The notes: a model not told the origin generated them from the letters alone. A stretch of 64,000 bases of DNA from Candidatus Heteroscillospira sp. (GCA_050943935.1 JBMNQC010000004.1:107759-171758); one strand, 5' to 3'; shown: positions 1 through 10,315, counted from the first letter of the stretch. Numbers and translations: made by a program.

Positions 1-110
1 GGACCCACCGTCCTTTCCGTAATACGCATATCGGTTTGTTGACTGCCTTTCTGGTTAAAATATACCACATCACGCCTGTTTTGTCAAGTATCTATGTGGA
101 TATTTACAAG

Positions 111-668
111 CTATTCCTTCACGCTGCCGTCGGGATTGAACACGGGCAGCTTCTGCAGGAAGATGATATCGTCTCTGTCGGCGGCCGCGCCCTCGGCCAG
201 TATGGCCATTTTTCCGGCTATTACGGCGCCGGCCTCGTTCACCAGCTCCTCCATGGCCCGCAGGCTCTCGCCGGTGGAGATAACGTCGTCCAGTATGAGC
301 ACGCGCTTGCCCCGGAGCAGCTCGGCGTCCTGAGCGTCCAGCACCAGGTGCTGTACCTTGTCGGTGGTGATGCTCTTCACATCCACCTCGAAGGTGCCCT
401 GCATATATAGCTTGGAGCCCTTGCGTGCAAGGAAGTATTTCTCGGCTCCGCTCTGGCGTGCCATTTCGTAGAGCAGAGGGATGCTCTTTGCTTCGGGAGC
501 AATGAGGTAGTCATATTCCGGTGCGCGCTTGAGAAGCTCGGCTGCACAGTGGACGGTAAGCTCGACGTCTCCGAAAATAACAAAGGCGCCGATGTAGAGA
601 TCGTCGCTGACACGGCAGAGCGGAAGCTCGCGCTTTAGACCGGCGACGTCTATCTCATAGGTAAGCAT
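111..668 (-). CDS. phosphoribosyltransferase-family protein (purine PRTase-like)
   Basis: ORF 111..686(-). PRPP-binding loop KRVLILDDVISTGESL. Internal Met MLTYEID (668) is the preferred start, but this is uncertain. Confidence 0.7.
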   Translation of the reverse strand: MLTYEIDVAGLKRELPLCRVSDDLYIGAFVIFGDVELTVHCAAELLKRAPEYDYLIAPEAKSIPLLYEMARQSGAEKYFLARKGSKLYMQGTFEVDVKSITTDKVQHLVLDAQDAELLRGKRVLILDDVISTGESLRAMEELVNEAGAVIAGKMAILAEGAAADRDDIIFLQKLPVFNPDGSVKE

Positions 669-762
669 GGTTAGAAATCCTCCCAAAAATTTTGCCTTTC
701 GGCTGTATTTCGGCGTAAAACGCCAGACATATTATATAAACCTTTTGCTGAAAAATCAAGAC

Positions 763-2025
763 CTAGTCCCTATGTTCCATGGGCAGTCCGCTCAGGCGGC
801 GGCGGACAAGGTCGAAGGCGTTGTTGGCGGAGGACAGGCGCACCCGCGCTCTGGTCTTGCCCAGAGTGTAGAGGCGGCAATAAACTCCGCTCTCGTCGGC
901 CAGGGAGATGAACACATCACCCACCTCGTGCCTGCCGTCGGTATCCGGACCGGCCACGCCGGTTATGCCCACGCCTATGTCTGTGCCCATTACTTCGCGG
1001 ACACGGACAGCCATCTCGCAGGCCACCTCATAACTGACGGCGCCCTTTTCGGCGATAAGGCCCGCGTCTATGCCCAGTAGCTTCGCCTTGGCCATGTCGG
1101 AATACACGGTGACGCCTCCGGGGAACACCTGAGAGGCGCCGGGAATATCGGTAAGGCGCTTAGCTACAAAGCCGCCGGTGCAGCTCTCAGCCACGGAGAG
1201 GGTGACGCCCTTTTCCTTCATAAGCTCAAACACGGCCTCCTCAAGGCTCCCGGCGTCCACGCCGTAGATATAGTCGCCTATCACGCCCCGCACCCGCTCT
1301 ATAACGGGCACCATCATGGCCTCGGCCTCAGCCTCTGTGGCGGCCTTGGCGGTCACCCGGAGCATACACTCGCCCTCCTTGGCGTAGGGGGCCAGAGTGG
1401 GATTTTTAAGCTCGTTCATCAGCTCCCGGAGCCTGAACTCCACAGCGGACTCGCCCAGGCCGAAGATACGCAGGTTGTGGGAAACTATGGTCTCGTCGCT
1501 GAGGGAGCGCAGATAGGGCATGCCGCAGTGGCGGAACATGGCGTTGCACTCCCGGGGCGGACCGGGCAGCATGAGGACTATGTTGTCCCCGGACTTGAAG
1601 GCGCAGCCGGGGGCTGTGCCCCAGAGGTTCTGGAACACGGTGCAGCCCACAGGCAGCCAGGCCTGCTGGAGGTTGTTCTCCGTCATGGGCCTGTTCAGGA
1701 CGGCAAAATGCTCCCGCATACGGTCTGCCGCCTCCTGATTGAACTCCATCTCCAGACCGAAGCACTCTGCCAGGGTCTGCTTGGTCAGGTCGTCGCAGGT
1801 GGGGCCCAGTCCGCCGGTTGTGATGATGATATCCGCGCGGCTGCGGGCTATCTCCACAGCCTGGCGCAGGCGCTGGGGATTGTCGCCCACAACGCTGTGC
1901 CAGTAGACGTTTATGCCCAGCTCAGAGAGCATTACGGACAGATCCCGGGCGTCTGTATTCACGATGTTGCCCAGCAGCAGCTCGGTGCCCACGCCCAGCA
2001 GCTCGGCTGTATATACTTTACTCAC
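763..2025 (-). CDS. cinA: CinA-family competence/damage-inducible protein (MoCF-like domain + nicotinamide-nucleotide amidase domain)
   Basis: 420 aa. N-terminal GVGTELLLGNIVNTD...ITTGGLGPTCDD; C-terminal CinA/PncC block LSVAESCTGG. Confidence 0.9.
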   Translation of the reverse strand: MSKVYTAELLGVGTELLLGNIVNTDARDLSVMLSELGINVYWHSVVGDNPQRLRQAVEIARSRADIIITTGGLGPTCDDLTKQTLAECFGLEMEFNQEAADRMREHFAVLNRPMTENNLQQAWLPVGCTVFQNLWGTAPGCAFKSGDNIVLMLPGPPRECNAMFRHCGMPYLRSLSDETIVSHNLRIFGLGESAVEFRLRELMNELKNPTLAPYAKEGECMLRVTAKAATEAEAEAMMVPVIERVRGVIGDYIYGVDAGSLEEAVFELMKEKGVTLSVAESCTGGFVAKRLTDIPGASQVFPGGVTVYSDMAKAKLLGIDAGLIAEKGAVSYEVACEMAVRVREVMGTDIGVGITGVAGPDTDGRHEVGDVFISLADESGVYCRLYTLGKTRARVRLSSANNAFDLVRRRLSGLPMEHRD

Positions 2026-3194
2026 GGCAGCAGCTTCACCCTTTCAATATTTTTAAAGGCCTCCTCCACCAGAGCCTCCACATCCAGAGCCTTCTCGGCC
2101 TCCAGAATCTCGTCAAGATGGGGCTTGGTGCGGGGGTGACGTGGGGTAAACACGGTGCAGCAGTCCTCGTAGGGCAGGATAGAGGTCTCAAAGGTGCCTA
2201 TTTTCCGCGCTATCTCCACTATATCCCGCTTGTCCATACCTATGAGGGGGCGCAGCACAGGTAGTGTCACGCACTCCTCGGTGACGGCCATGGCCTGCAT
2301 GGTCTGGCTGGCCACCTGACCCAGATTCTCGCCGGTGATAAGGGCGGAGCAGCCGTTGGAGTCGGCCACCATCTGGGATATTCGCATCATAAAGCGGCGC
2401 ATTATGAGGGTGAACAGCTCCTCGGGGCAATTCTCCCTTATCTCCTCCTGAATGTGGGTGAAGGGCACTATCTCCACGGTGAGCCGTCCGCAGTACTCGG
2501 TGAGGAGCTGCGCCAGCTCTATGACCTTCTCCTTGGCCTGCTCGGAGGTATATGGGAAGGAGAAGAAGTGCACGGGTATCACCTGCACGCCGCGCTTGGC
2601 TATCATGTAGCTGCTGACGGGGCTGTCTATGCCGCCGGACAGCAGAGTGACAGCCCGTCCGTTGCAGCCCACGGGCATACCTCCCGCGCCCTGAACGGCG
2701 TTGCCATGGACATAGGCGGCGTAGTCGCGTATCTCCACATTTACTGTGAGCTCGGGGCTGTGTACGTCCACTTTTGTGTCGGGGAAGCGCTCGGAGAGCA
2801 GGCCGCCCACATACTGGGACACCTGTATGCTGGTCTTGCCGAAGCTCTTGTCGCTGCGCTTGGTCTCCACCTTGAAGCTCTTTGCGCTCTCCATGGCCTC
2901 GCCCAGGTACTCCACGGCGGTGTTGTATATAACGTCCAGGTCCTTTTCGCAGGCCATGGCCCGGTTCAGGCTCACCACGCCGAACACCTTTTTCAGGCGC
3001 TCAAAGGCCTCGTCCATATCGCAGTCGTCGCTGAGCGGCTCCACATATATGGTGGACTGCACGGCGTAGACCTTGAACTCGCCCAGGTCCCGCAGGCGGC
3101 GGCGGGCGTTGGCCATGAGCTTCATCTCAAAGGACTTGCGGTTCAGGCCCTTGAGGACCATCTCTCCCTGCTTCAGCAGTATCATATCATTCAT
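2022..3194 (-). CDS. thiI: tRNA 4-thiouridine synthase ThiI
   Basis: 390 aa. THUMP-like N-terminus and PP-loop SGGIDSPV. Stop overlaps the cinA start. Confidence 0.9.
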   Translation of the reverse strand: MNDMILLKQGEMVLKGLNRKSFEMKLMANARRRLRDLGEFKVYAVQSTIYVEPLSDDCDMDEAFERLKKVFGVVSLNRAMACEKDLDVIYNTAVEYLGEAMESAKSFKVETKRSDKSFGKTSIQVSQYVGGLLSERFPDTKVDVHSPELTVNVEIRDYAAYVHGNAVQGAGGMPVGCNGRAVTLLSGGIDSPVSSYMIAKRGVQVIPVHFFSFPYTSEQAKEKVIELAQLLTEYCGRLTVEIVPFTHIQEEIRENCPEELFTLIMRRFMMRISQMVADSNGCSALITGENLGQVASQTMQAMAVTEECVTLPVLRPLIGMDKRDIVEIARKIGTFETSILPYEDCCTVFTPRHPRTKPHLDEILEAEKALDVEALVEEAFKNIERVKLLP

Positions 3195-3210
3195 GGGGTT
3201 TCACCTCTTG

Positions 3211-4719
3211 TCAGTTTCCAAAATCAAATGTGCGGTAGCGTATGGCCTCGGCTATGTGGGGCGCGGCCAGCTTTTCGCTGCCGGCCAGGTCGGCTATGGT
3301 GCGCGCCACCCGCAGTATGCGGTCATAGCTGCGGGCCGTGAGGCCCATGCGCTCAAAGGCCAGCTTCATGAGCGAGCGGCACTCATCGTCCAGAGCGCAC
3401 CACTCGCTCAGGGCCTTCTGGCCCATGCGGGCGTTGCAGCCCGTATCCGTGCCGGAAAAGCGCCTGTTCTGTATTTCCCGTGCGGCGTTCACCCGGCCGC
3501 GTATCTTCGCGCTGCTCTCTCCGGCCGTGCGGCGGCTCAGCTCCTCGAAGCTGAGAGCGGGCACCTCCAGAATAATGTCTATGCGGTCCAGCAGAGGGCC
3601 GGACACTCTGGAGCGGTAGGCCCGCACGGCGGAATCGGAGCAGGTGCAGCGCCCGGTACCGTACCAGCCGCATTTGCAGGGGTTCATGGCGCACACCAGC
3701 ATGAAGCCGCTGGGATAGCGCACGCTGCCCGCGGCTCTCGCCACGGTGACGCAGCCGTCCTCAAGGGGCTGGCGCAGGGTTTCCAGGGCGGCCCTGGCGT
3801 ACTCCGGCAGTTCGTCCAGAAACAGCACGCCGTTGTGGGCCAGGGAAATCTCGCCGGGCATCAGGTTCGTGCCGCCGCCGGAGAGCGCCACGGAGGACAC
3901 GGTGTGGTGGGGCGCACGGAAGGGCCGGGTGCTCACCAGGGGATGCTCCGCCGTGGTCAGGCCCCGGACGGAGTGCACCTCCGTTGTCTCTATCATCTCC
4001 CGCTCGGTCATCTCCGGCAGGATGGAGGGCAGGCGCTTGGCCAGCATGGATTTTCCCGAACCGGGCGGGCCTATGAGCAGCACATTGTGTCCGCCCGCTG
4101 CCGCCACCTCAAGGGCGCGTTTTATATTCTCCTGTCCCTTGACCTCGGAGAAGTCGGGCACGGGAACGTCATCCCGGCGCACCTCCTGCCGGGGCGCAGG
4201 CTCCATAAGCTCCTCTCCCCGGAGATGGCGCAGCAGCTGGGGCACATCCCGGACGGGATACACCCGCAGTCCCCGGGCAAATGTGGCCTCCGCCGCGTTG
4301 TCCGCCGGGAGATACAGCTCCTCTATCCCGGCTCTGGCCGCGGCCATGGCCATGGGCAGGGCGCCGCGCACGGGGCGCAGCTCTCCCGTAAGGCTCAGCT
4401 CGCCTATGAAGGCCTGTTCGGGGCGGGGATTGTCTATCTCGCCCCTGGCGCTCAGTATGCCCAGCAGCACGGGCAGGTCATAGAGCGTGCCCACCTTTTT
4501 CGTATCCGCCGGGGCCAGATTCACCGTGAGTCTGGTGGCGGGAAAGCTGAGGCCGCAGTTGCGCATGGCGGCGTACACCCGCTCCCGCGCCTCCTTTACG
4601 GAGGCGTCGGGCAGACCCACTATATCAAAGCGGGGCAGGCCGTTGGCCACGCTGCACTCAACGCCCACCGGGTAGCCGCCCACCCCCTGAAAGCCCAGGG
4701 AACGGATGGCCGATACCAT
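3211..4719 (-). CDS. comM: YifB/ComM family Mg-chelatase-like ATPase
   Basis: 502 aa. Lon-protease-like N-terminus, Walker A GPPGSGKS, AAA+ core and C-terminal Mg-chelatase subunit ChlI-like tail. Confidence 0.9.
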   Translation of the reverse strand: MVSAIRSLGFQGVGGYPVGVECSVANGLPRFDIVGLPDASVKEARERVYAAMRNCGLSFPATRLTVNLAPADTKKVGTLYDLPVLLGILSARGEIDNPRPEQAFIGELSLTGELRPVRGALPMAMAAARAGIEELYLPADNAAEATFARGLRVYPVRDVPQLLRHLRGEELMEPAPRQEVRRDDVPVPDFSEVKGQENIKRALEVAAAGGHNVLLIGPPGSGKSMLAKRLPSILPEMTEREMIETTEVHSVRGLTTAEHPLVSTRPFRAPHHTVSSVALSGGGTNLMPGEISLAHNGVLFLDELPEYARAALETLRQPLEDGCVTVARAAGSVRYPSGFMLVCAMNPCKCGWYGTGRCTCSDSAVRAYRSRVSGPLLDRIDIILEVPALSFEELSRRTAGESSAKIRGRVNAAREIQNRRFSGTDTGCNARMGQKALSEWCALDDECRSLMKLAFERMGLTARSYDRILRVARTIADLAGSEKLAAPHIAEAIRYRTFDFGN

Positions 4720-6497
4720 TATTCCTTCTCCCCGTCCGTGACGGCGATATGCAGCTCCCTGAGCTGGGCCTCGGTGACCTCGCCGGGAGCGCCCATCATG
4801 ATATCCTGGGCGTTCTTATTCATGGGGAAGGGTATGATCTCGCGTATGGAGTCCTCGCCCGCCAGGAGCATGACCATACGGTCAACGCCCGGGGCGATGC
4901 CCGCGTGGGGGGGAGCTCCGTAGCAGAAGGCGTTATACATGGCGGGGAACTTGGCCTTGACGTCGTCCTCGCCCAGACGCACCATCTCAAAGGCCTTTAT
5001 CATTATCTCGGGGTCGTGGTTACGCACAGCGCCGGAGGAGAGCTCCACTCCGTTGCACACCAGGTCGTACTGGTCGGCGGTGATGGTGAGGGGGTCGACC
5101 TCGCCCCTCTCGGCCTTCAGCAGCACCTCAAGGCCGCCGGAGGGCATGGAGAAGGGGTTGTGGCAGAATTCCAGCTCGCCGGACTCCTCGCCTATCTCAT
5201 ACATGGGGAAGTCCACTATCCAGCAGAACTCATAGCGCTCCCTGTCCATGTGTCCGGGCACGGCGGCGCCGAAGGTCTTGATGACAGCGCCGGCGGCCTT
5301 CTGGGCGGCGCCGCGCTTGCCGGCGGTGAGCAGCACCAGGGTGTTGGGCTTCAGGCCCAGCTTCTCAATTATCTCGTCCTTCTTATCCTGCAGGAACTTG
5401 GCAACGCCGCCGGCGATGGCGCCGGTGTCGTCCAGCTTGAACCAGTAGCTCTTCATGCCGGAGAGGACCTCGCAGTCGGCCAGGAGCTTGTCAATCTGCT
5501 TTCTGGTGAGGCCGCAGCCGGACACAGGCACGGCCTTTACCACATTGCCCGCAAATGGCTCGAAGCCGCAGTCGGACAGCAGCTCGGTGACGTCCTCAGC
5601 GGTCAGGTCAATGCGCAGGTCGGGCTTGTCGGAGCCGTATTTCTCCATGCTCTCGGCATAGGGGATGCGCTTGAAGGGGGCGGAGGAGGCAATGTTGTAA
5701 GCGCCGTACTTGGCAAACACGGGGGGCAGCACATCTTCCAGAACGGCAAAGACGTCCTCCTGGCCGGCGAAGGCCATCTCCATATCCAGCTGGTAGAACT
5801 CGCCGGGGCTGCGGTCGCCTCTGGCGTCCTCGTCCCGGAAGCAGGGGGCGATCTGGAAATATTTATCAAAGCCCGCGGTCATCAGCAGCTGCTTGAACTG
5901 CTGGGGAGCCTGGGGCAGGGCGTAGAACTTGCCGGGGTGCTTGCGGGCGGGAACAAGATAGTCGCGGGCGCCCTCGGGGGAGGAGGCGGTGAGTATGGGG
6001 GTGGTTATCTCCAGAAAGCCGTGCTCGGTCATGGCTTGGCGCAGGGCGGCGACCACGTTGCAGCGCAGGAGGATGTTGTTCTTCACCTCGGGGTTGCGCA
6101 GATCCAGATAGCGGTACTTGAGGCGCTGAGTCTCGTCGGCCTGACGGCTGTGGTTTATCTCAAAGGGCAGCTCGTTGTAGCGGCAGCGGCCCAGTACCTC
6201 GATGGCGGTGGGGGTCACCTCTATCTCGCCGGTGGCCTGCTTGGGGTTCTTGCTGCTGCGCTCCCGGACAAGGCCGGTGACGGCGATGGTGCTCTCCTTG
6301 TTCAGGCTCTTTATCTGCTCCATCATCTCCTCGGACTCCACCACTATCTGGGTGGTGCCGTAGAAGTCGCGGAGGACAACAAAGGCCAGAGCGGCGCTGA
6401 CCTCCCGGACGTTTTCCATCCATCCGGCCAGCTTTACGGTCTTGCCCGCGTCGGCGAGGCGCAGCTCGCCGCAGTTGTGTGTACGGTAATGTGTCAT
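4719..6497 (-). CDS. aspS: aspartate--tRNA ligase
   Basis: 592 aa. OB-fold N-terminus and class II motifs (FYQLDMEMAF, GIAPGVDRMVMLL). Confidence 0.95.
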   Translation of the reverse strand: MTHYRTHNCGELRLADAGKTVKLAGWMENVREVSAALAFVVLRDFYGTTQIVVESEEMMEQIKSLNKESTIAVTGLVRERSSKNPKQATGEIEVTPTAIEVLGRCRYNELPFEINHSRQADETQRLKYRYLDLRNPEVKNNILLRCNVVAALRQAMTEHGFLEITTPILTASSPEGARDYLVPARKHPGKFYALPQAPQQFKQLLMTAGFDKYFQIAPCFRDEDARGDRSPGEFYQLDMEMAFAGQEDVFAVLEDVLPPVFAKYGAYNIASSAPFKRIPYAESMEKYGSDKPDLRIDLTAEDVTELLSDCGFEPFAGNVVKAVPVSGCGLTRKQIDKLLADCEVLSGMKSYWFKLDDTGAIAGGVAKFLQDKKDEIIEKLGLKPNTLVLLTAGKRGAAQKAAGAVIKTFGAAVPGHMDRERYEFCWIVDFPMYEIGEESGELEFCHNPFSMPSGGLEVLLKAERGEVDPLTITADQYDLVCNGVELSSGAVRNHDPEIMIKAFEMVRLGEDDVKAKFPAMYNAFCYGAPPHAGIAPGVDRMVMLLAGEDSIREIIPFPMNKNAQDIMMGAPGEVTEAQLRELHIAVTDGEKE

Positions 6498-6519
6498 AAC
6501 AGTTTCAGCTCCAATATTT

Positions 6520-8142
6520 TTAATTATTCTCGTTTATTACTCTTTCGGCAAAATCCCTGATATCCAGCTCCCGGACAGCATCGCCCTCCGTAACCCCGGC
6601 GTTTTTTACCTGTCCGTCCAGAGCCTTCGCGGCCTCGTCCTCGCCGCAATTGGCTATGAGCTCCTCCATGAGGCTCTCATCGGCGGAGGGGTTGGCCACC
6701 AGATAGACGTACACGCCCTCCTCGTCCTCAAGCACGGGGCTGACGCCCAGGGGGCGCAGGGAGTCCAGTATTTTCCACAGCCGCGGTTCTGTCTCCTCAC
6801 GGGAGTACAGAGTGCATCTGGGGGCGGTGTAGGCACAGGTCAGATCGCGGGTCTGATATTCCAGAAAATAGTGGCTGGCACGGCCGGACAGCTCCTGGGC
6901 GAACATCTCAGCGCCGTCCCTCACGAAGTCCAGCTGGGCCTCGGTGAGGCGCTCCCCTGTTTTAAGCTCGTATTTTTCAAAGCGCACGAACTCGGCGCAG
7001 AGCCAGTCGCCGGAGGCTATGCGGGAGACTATCTCCCGCTCCTCCGGGCGCAGCTTCTCAGCCAGATGTACGGTGAGCAGTTCGTCCTCCAGCTCGGCGG
7101 CGGCGTACAGAAGGCGGCTTTCGCCCTCTATCTTGCATTCCTCCAGATATTTCTCAACGGCGTCAAGCTCCTCATCGGTCAGCTCTATGCCGTATTTATC
7201 TGCAAGCACCCGCACGGCGGCATGGTCTTTCAGCCAGTCCATGGCCCGCGCATCTGCGCTCTCAACATCCGCGGTGCTCCAGTCGGTGTCCGCCCAGCGG
7301 TTCTCGCCGCAGCTCTCGGAGAGATAGCGGCGAAAATCCACAGCCCAGGGGCCGAGGCTCCAGCTTGTAAGGTATTTTTCAAGCTCCGGGTACTCACTAA
7401 GCTGGCTTTCCGCCTCAAGCAGCTCCAGCTCCCTTGTCAGGGCGGCGGTATACAGCCCGGCGGTGACGGTATAGCCGCCTATGGTCATGACCTCCGTATC
7501 CGCGGGCACGAAGAGGCAGCTCATGGCCTCGCTGCCGTCGCCCCGCTTGGGGCGGAAGCTGAGGCGCAGGCTCTCGTCGGCTATGCGGGCAACCATGGCG
7601 GCGCACTCGGCGCGGGTGAGAGTGCGGCTGCCCCGGAAGGTACCGTAATCGTCCATACCCGTGAGTATGCCCGCCCGGTAAAAGCGCAGCACAGCCTCAT
7701 CGGAGCTGTCCGGCAGGCGGTTAACCTCATTTATGGGGTTCAGAAGCCTTGATGGCACAACGGCGTCCATCATCGCTATAAACTCAGCCCTGGTGCAGGG
7801 TGCGTCCATATTTTCGGGCATGGGACATTCCAGCCCGGCCAGATAGTCCACATAGCCCTGATACCATGGCTCAGTACTCTGAGGCAGCGTCCCGCCTGTG
7901 ATGCGTGCGTGGAGCCGGGCGGCGAGGGCGGCGCACTGGTAGCCCGTGAGGCTGCCCTCGGTGTCGAACCAGGTGTCGGACACGCCCTCCATAAGCCCCA
8001 TCTGCCAGCAGACGGAGACATAGTCCCGGGACCAGTGCAGCTCCGCGTCCGCAAAGCCCTTGTCCTCCCGCACCGGCTCCATGGCCAGGGCTGAGGATGT
8101 GAGCATTGCGGCGCATAGGATAAGTGATATTATTCTGCGCAT
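6520..8142 (-). CDS. secreted SLH-domain protein of unknown function
   Basis: 540 aa. Signal peptide MRRIISLILCAAMLTSSALA. At least two S-layer-homology-like motifs (FADAELHWSRDYVSVCWQMGLMEG; GILTGMDDYGTFRGSRTLTRAECAAMVARI). Confidence 0.6.
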   Translation of the reverse strand: MRRIISLILCAAMLTSSALAMEPVREDKGFADAELHWSRDYVSVCWQMGLMEGVSDTWFDTEGSLTGYQCAALAARLHARITGGTLPQSTEPWYQGYVDYLAGLECPMPENMDAPCTRAEFIAMMDAVVPSRLLNPINEVNRLPDSSDEAVLRFYRAGILTGMDDYGTFRGSRTLTRAECAAMVARIADESLRLSFRPKRGDGSEAMSCLFVPADTEVMTIGGYTVTAGLYTAALTRELELLEAESQLSEYPELEKYLTSWSLGPWAVDFRRYLSESCGENRWADTDWSTADVESADARAMDWLKDHAAVRVLADKYGIELTDEELDAVEKYLEECKIEGESRLLYAAAELEDELLTVHLAEKLRPEEREIVSRIASGDWLCAEFVRFEKYELKTGERLTEAQLDFVRDGAEMFAQELSGRASHYFLEYQTRDLTCAYTAPRCTLYSREETEPRLWKILDSLRPLGVSPVLEDEEGVYVYLVANPSADESLMEELIANCGEDEAAKALDGQVKNAGVTEGDAVRELDIRDFAERVINENN

Positions 8143-8144
8143 AC

Positions 8145-9506
8145 TCAGCCCTCGCGGATAAGGCTGCCGGAGTTGCGCCGGTTTACTTCTGCTGTAATAA
8201 CAGCCGCGGCCTCCTGAGCGGTGTACTGAGCCTGCTCGCCGGTGACAAGATTTTTGAGGCTTATAACGCCCGCGGCTATCTCGTCCTCGCCCACGAAAGC
8301 GGCGAAGGGGATGGCCATTTTATCGGCGTAGGATAGCTTCTGCTTGAATTTTTTCTTTTCGCAGTGGATCTGGGTGCGCACGCCTGCCTCACGCAGGGCG
8401 GTGGCGGCCTGGATGGCGTAGCTCAGGTCATCGGTCATGGGCAGCACCAGCACGTCGGCGGGGGCGGTGACCATCTCGTCGGATATGAGTCCCTGTTCGG
8501 AGAGCACATAGAACAGTCGGGTGAGGCCTATGGATATACCCACGCCGGGCAGGGTCTTGTCGGTGTAGTAGCCGGCAAGATTGTCGTAGCGTCCGCCGGA
8601 GCAGACGGAGCCTATCTCCGGGTGGTCCAGCATGGCGGTCTCGTATACGGTGCCGGTGTAGTAGTCCAGTCCCCGGGCTATGGTCAGGTCAACGGCAAAG
8701 TTTTCCTCGGGCACTCCGAAGCTGGACAGATAGCGGGTCACGGCGGTAAGCTCCTCCAGACCCATGTCGAACAGCTCGTTTCTGCCGCGGTAGCCCTCCA
8801 GAGCCTCGAGCACCTGGGCGTTGGAGCCGGTGATGGCGATAAAGCGCAAAATCTCGTCCGCCTGCTCTGGGGTGAGGCCTATCTCATCCTCCACCAGCAG
8901 GGCCTTGACCTTATCGGCGCCTATCTTGTCCAGCTTGTCCACAGTGCGCATGATATCGCCGCTCTTTTCGGTGAGGCCCAGCATGGCATAGAAGCCGTTG
9001 AGTATCTTGCGGTTGTTCACCCGGATGCAGAAGCGGCGCAGGCCCAGGGCGCTGAAGGTGCGGTAAATGACGGAGGGTATCTCAGCCTCGTTTATTATGC
9101 TCAGGCTGCCGTCGCCGATGATGTCTATATCCGCCTGATAGAACTCCCGGAAGCGGCCGCGCTGGGCACGCTCGCCCCGATACACCTTGCCTATCTGATA
9201 GCGGCGGAAGGGGAAGGAGAGCTGGCCGTAATTCAGGGCCACATACTTGGCCAGAGGCACGGTCAGGTCAAAGCGCAGGGCCAGGTCGCTGTCGCCCTTC
9301 TGAAAGCGATATATCTGCTTTTCGGTCTCGCCGCCGCCCTTGGCAAGCAGCACCTCGGCGGACTCTATTACGGGGGTGTCCAGAGCGGTAAAGCCATAGA
9401 GCGCATAGGTCTCGCGCAGCTTTTCCATAAAGCGCTCCATCTGGGCTTGCTGCCTGGGGAGAAGCTCCATAAAGCCGGAGAGCGTGCGGGGTTTGATTCT
9501 TTCCAT
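8145..9506 (-). CDS. hisS: histidine--tRNA ligase
   Basis: Class II HisRS signature RYQIGKVYRGERAQRGRFREFYQADIDIIG. Start placed at MERIKPR (9506), preceded by AAAGGAAC. Confidence 0.95.
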   Translation of the reverse strand: MERIKPRTLSGFMELLPRQQAQMERFMEKLRETYALYGFTALDTPVIESAEVLLAKGGGETEKQIYRFQKGDSDLALRFDLTVPLAKYVALNYGQLSFPFRRYQIGKVYRGERAQRGRFREFYQADIDIIGDGSLSIINEAEIPSVIYRTFSALGLRRFCIRVNNRKILNGFYAMLGLTEKSGDIMRTVDKLDKIGADKVKALLVEDEIGLTPEQADEILRFIAITGSNAQVLEALEGYRGRNELFDMGLEELTAVTRYLSSFGVPEENFAVDLTIARGLDYYTGTVYETAMLDHPEIGSVCSGGRYDNLAGYYTDKTLPGVGISIGLTRLFYVLSEQGLISDEMVTAPADVLVLPMTDDLSYAIQAATALREAGVRTQIHCEKKKFKQKLSYADKMAIPFAAFVGEDEIAAGVISLKNLVTGEQAQYTAQEAAAVITAEVNRRNSGSLIREG

Positions 9507-9526
9507 TTTTTCTGTTCCTTTCAACT

Positions 9527-9775
9527 CATCTTACATATCATCTTACATAAAAAAATACAGTCGTCCCCCAATTGGGACGACTGTATTGCAATCGTGGTAC
9601 CACCCAAGTTCGGCGCGCAGCGCCCTCGGTGCGCTCCTTAAAGCGGAGCTGACTGCGATTTCGGCCTAAGCCTTATACGCCGGCTCACAGGCTGTCTTCA
9701 CCGGAGCTTGGACCGGAGCGCTCTCAGTCGCGGCGCTCTTCCCTGTAAGCCCTGAACAATCCGGTTACTCCTGCC
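9527..9775 (-). promoter_or_regulatory. T-box leader upstream of hisS
   Basis: On the minus strand: AGAGA-type bulge (CUGAGAGCG), T-box sequence UUGGGUGGUACCACGA (complement of about 9592-9608), and a terminator AUACAGUCGUCCC-loop-GGGACGACUGUAU followed by a U-run (complement of 9549-9586). Confidence 0.8.
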
Positions 9776-9778
9776 TGC

Positions 9779-10195
9779 TCACTGCCTTCTTGCCCTATCT
9801 CTGGAGGTGACTATATCGCGCCAGTCCAGATCGCCGCGCTTCAGACCCTGGATAAGGACCTCCGCCGTGGCTACATTGGATGCAAAAGGTATATTGTAAG
9901 TATCGCACATACGCGCTATTTCGTTCACTCCGCTGCAGTCGGTACGTCCGCTGGCGTCGCAGAAATAGAGCACCAGGTCTATCTCGTTATAGGCTATTCT
10001 GGCGCCTATCTGCTGTATGCCGCCCTGGTCGCCGCTGAAATACTGAGTAACCGGCAGGCCGGTAGCGTCACTCACCAGATGCGCCGTCGTTCCGGTGGCA
10101 CAGATGTTATGACTGGCTAAAATGCCGCAGTAGGCAATACAGAACTGAACCATCAGCTCCTTTTTACCGTCGTGGGCCATCAATGCTATATTCAT
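9779..10195 (-). CDS. mgsA: methylglyoxal synthase
   Basis: 138 aa. MNIALMAHDGKKELM...ATGTTAHLV, typical MgsA N-terminus. Confidence 0.9.
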   Translation of the reverse strand: MNIALMAHDGKKELMVQFCIAYCGILASHNICATGTTAHLVSDATGLPVTQYFSGDQGGIQQIGARIAYNEIDLVLYFCDASGRTDCSGVNEIARMCDTYNIPFASNVATAEVLIQGLKRGDLDWRDIVTSRDRARRQ

Positions 10196-10315
10196 ATCGG
10201 TCGCTCACCTTCTATATTAATTATTATTCAGAATGTCATTATACACGATTCACACCAAAATCGCAACGAGAAATTTTGAAATTTTGTGTGAAGAAAGCAT
10301 AAATCGTCAAAACTC

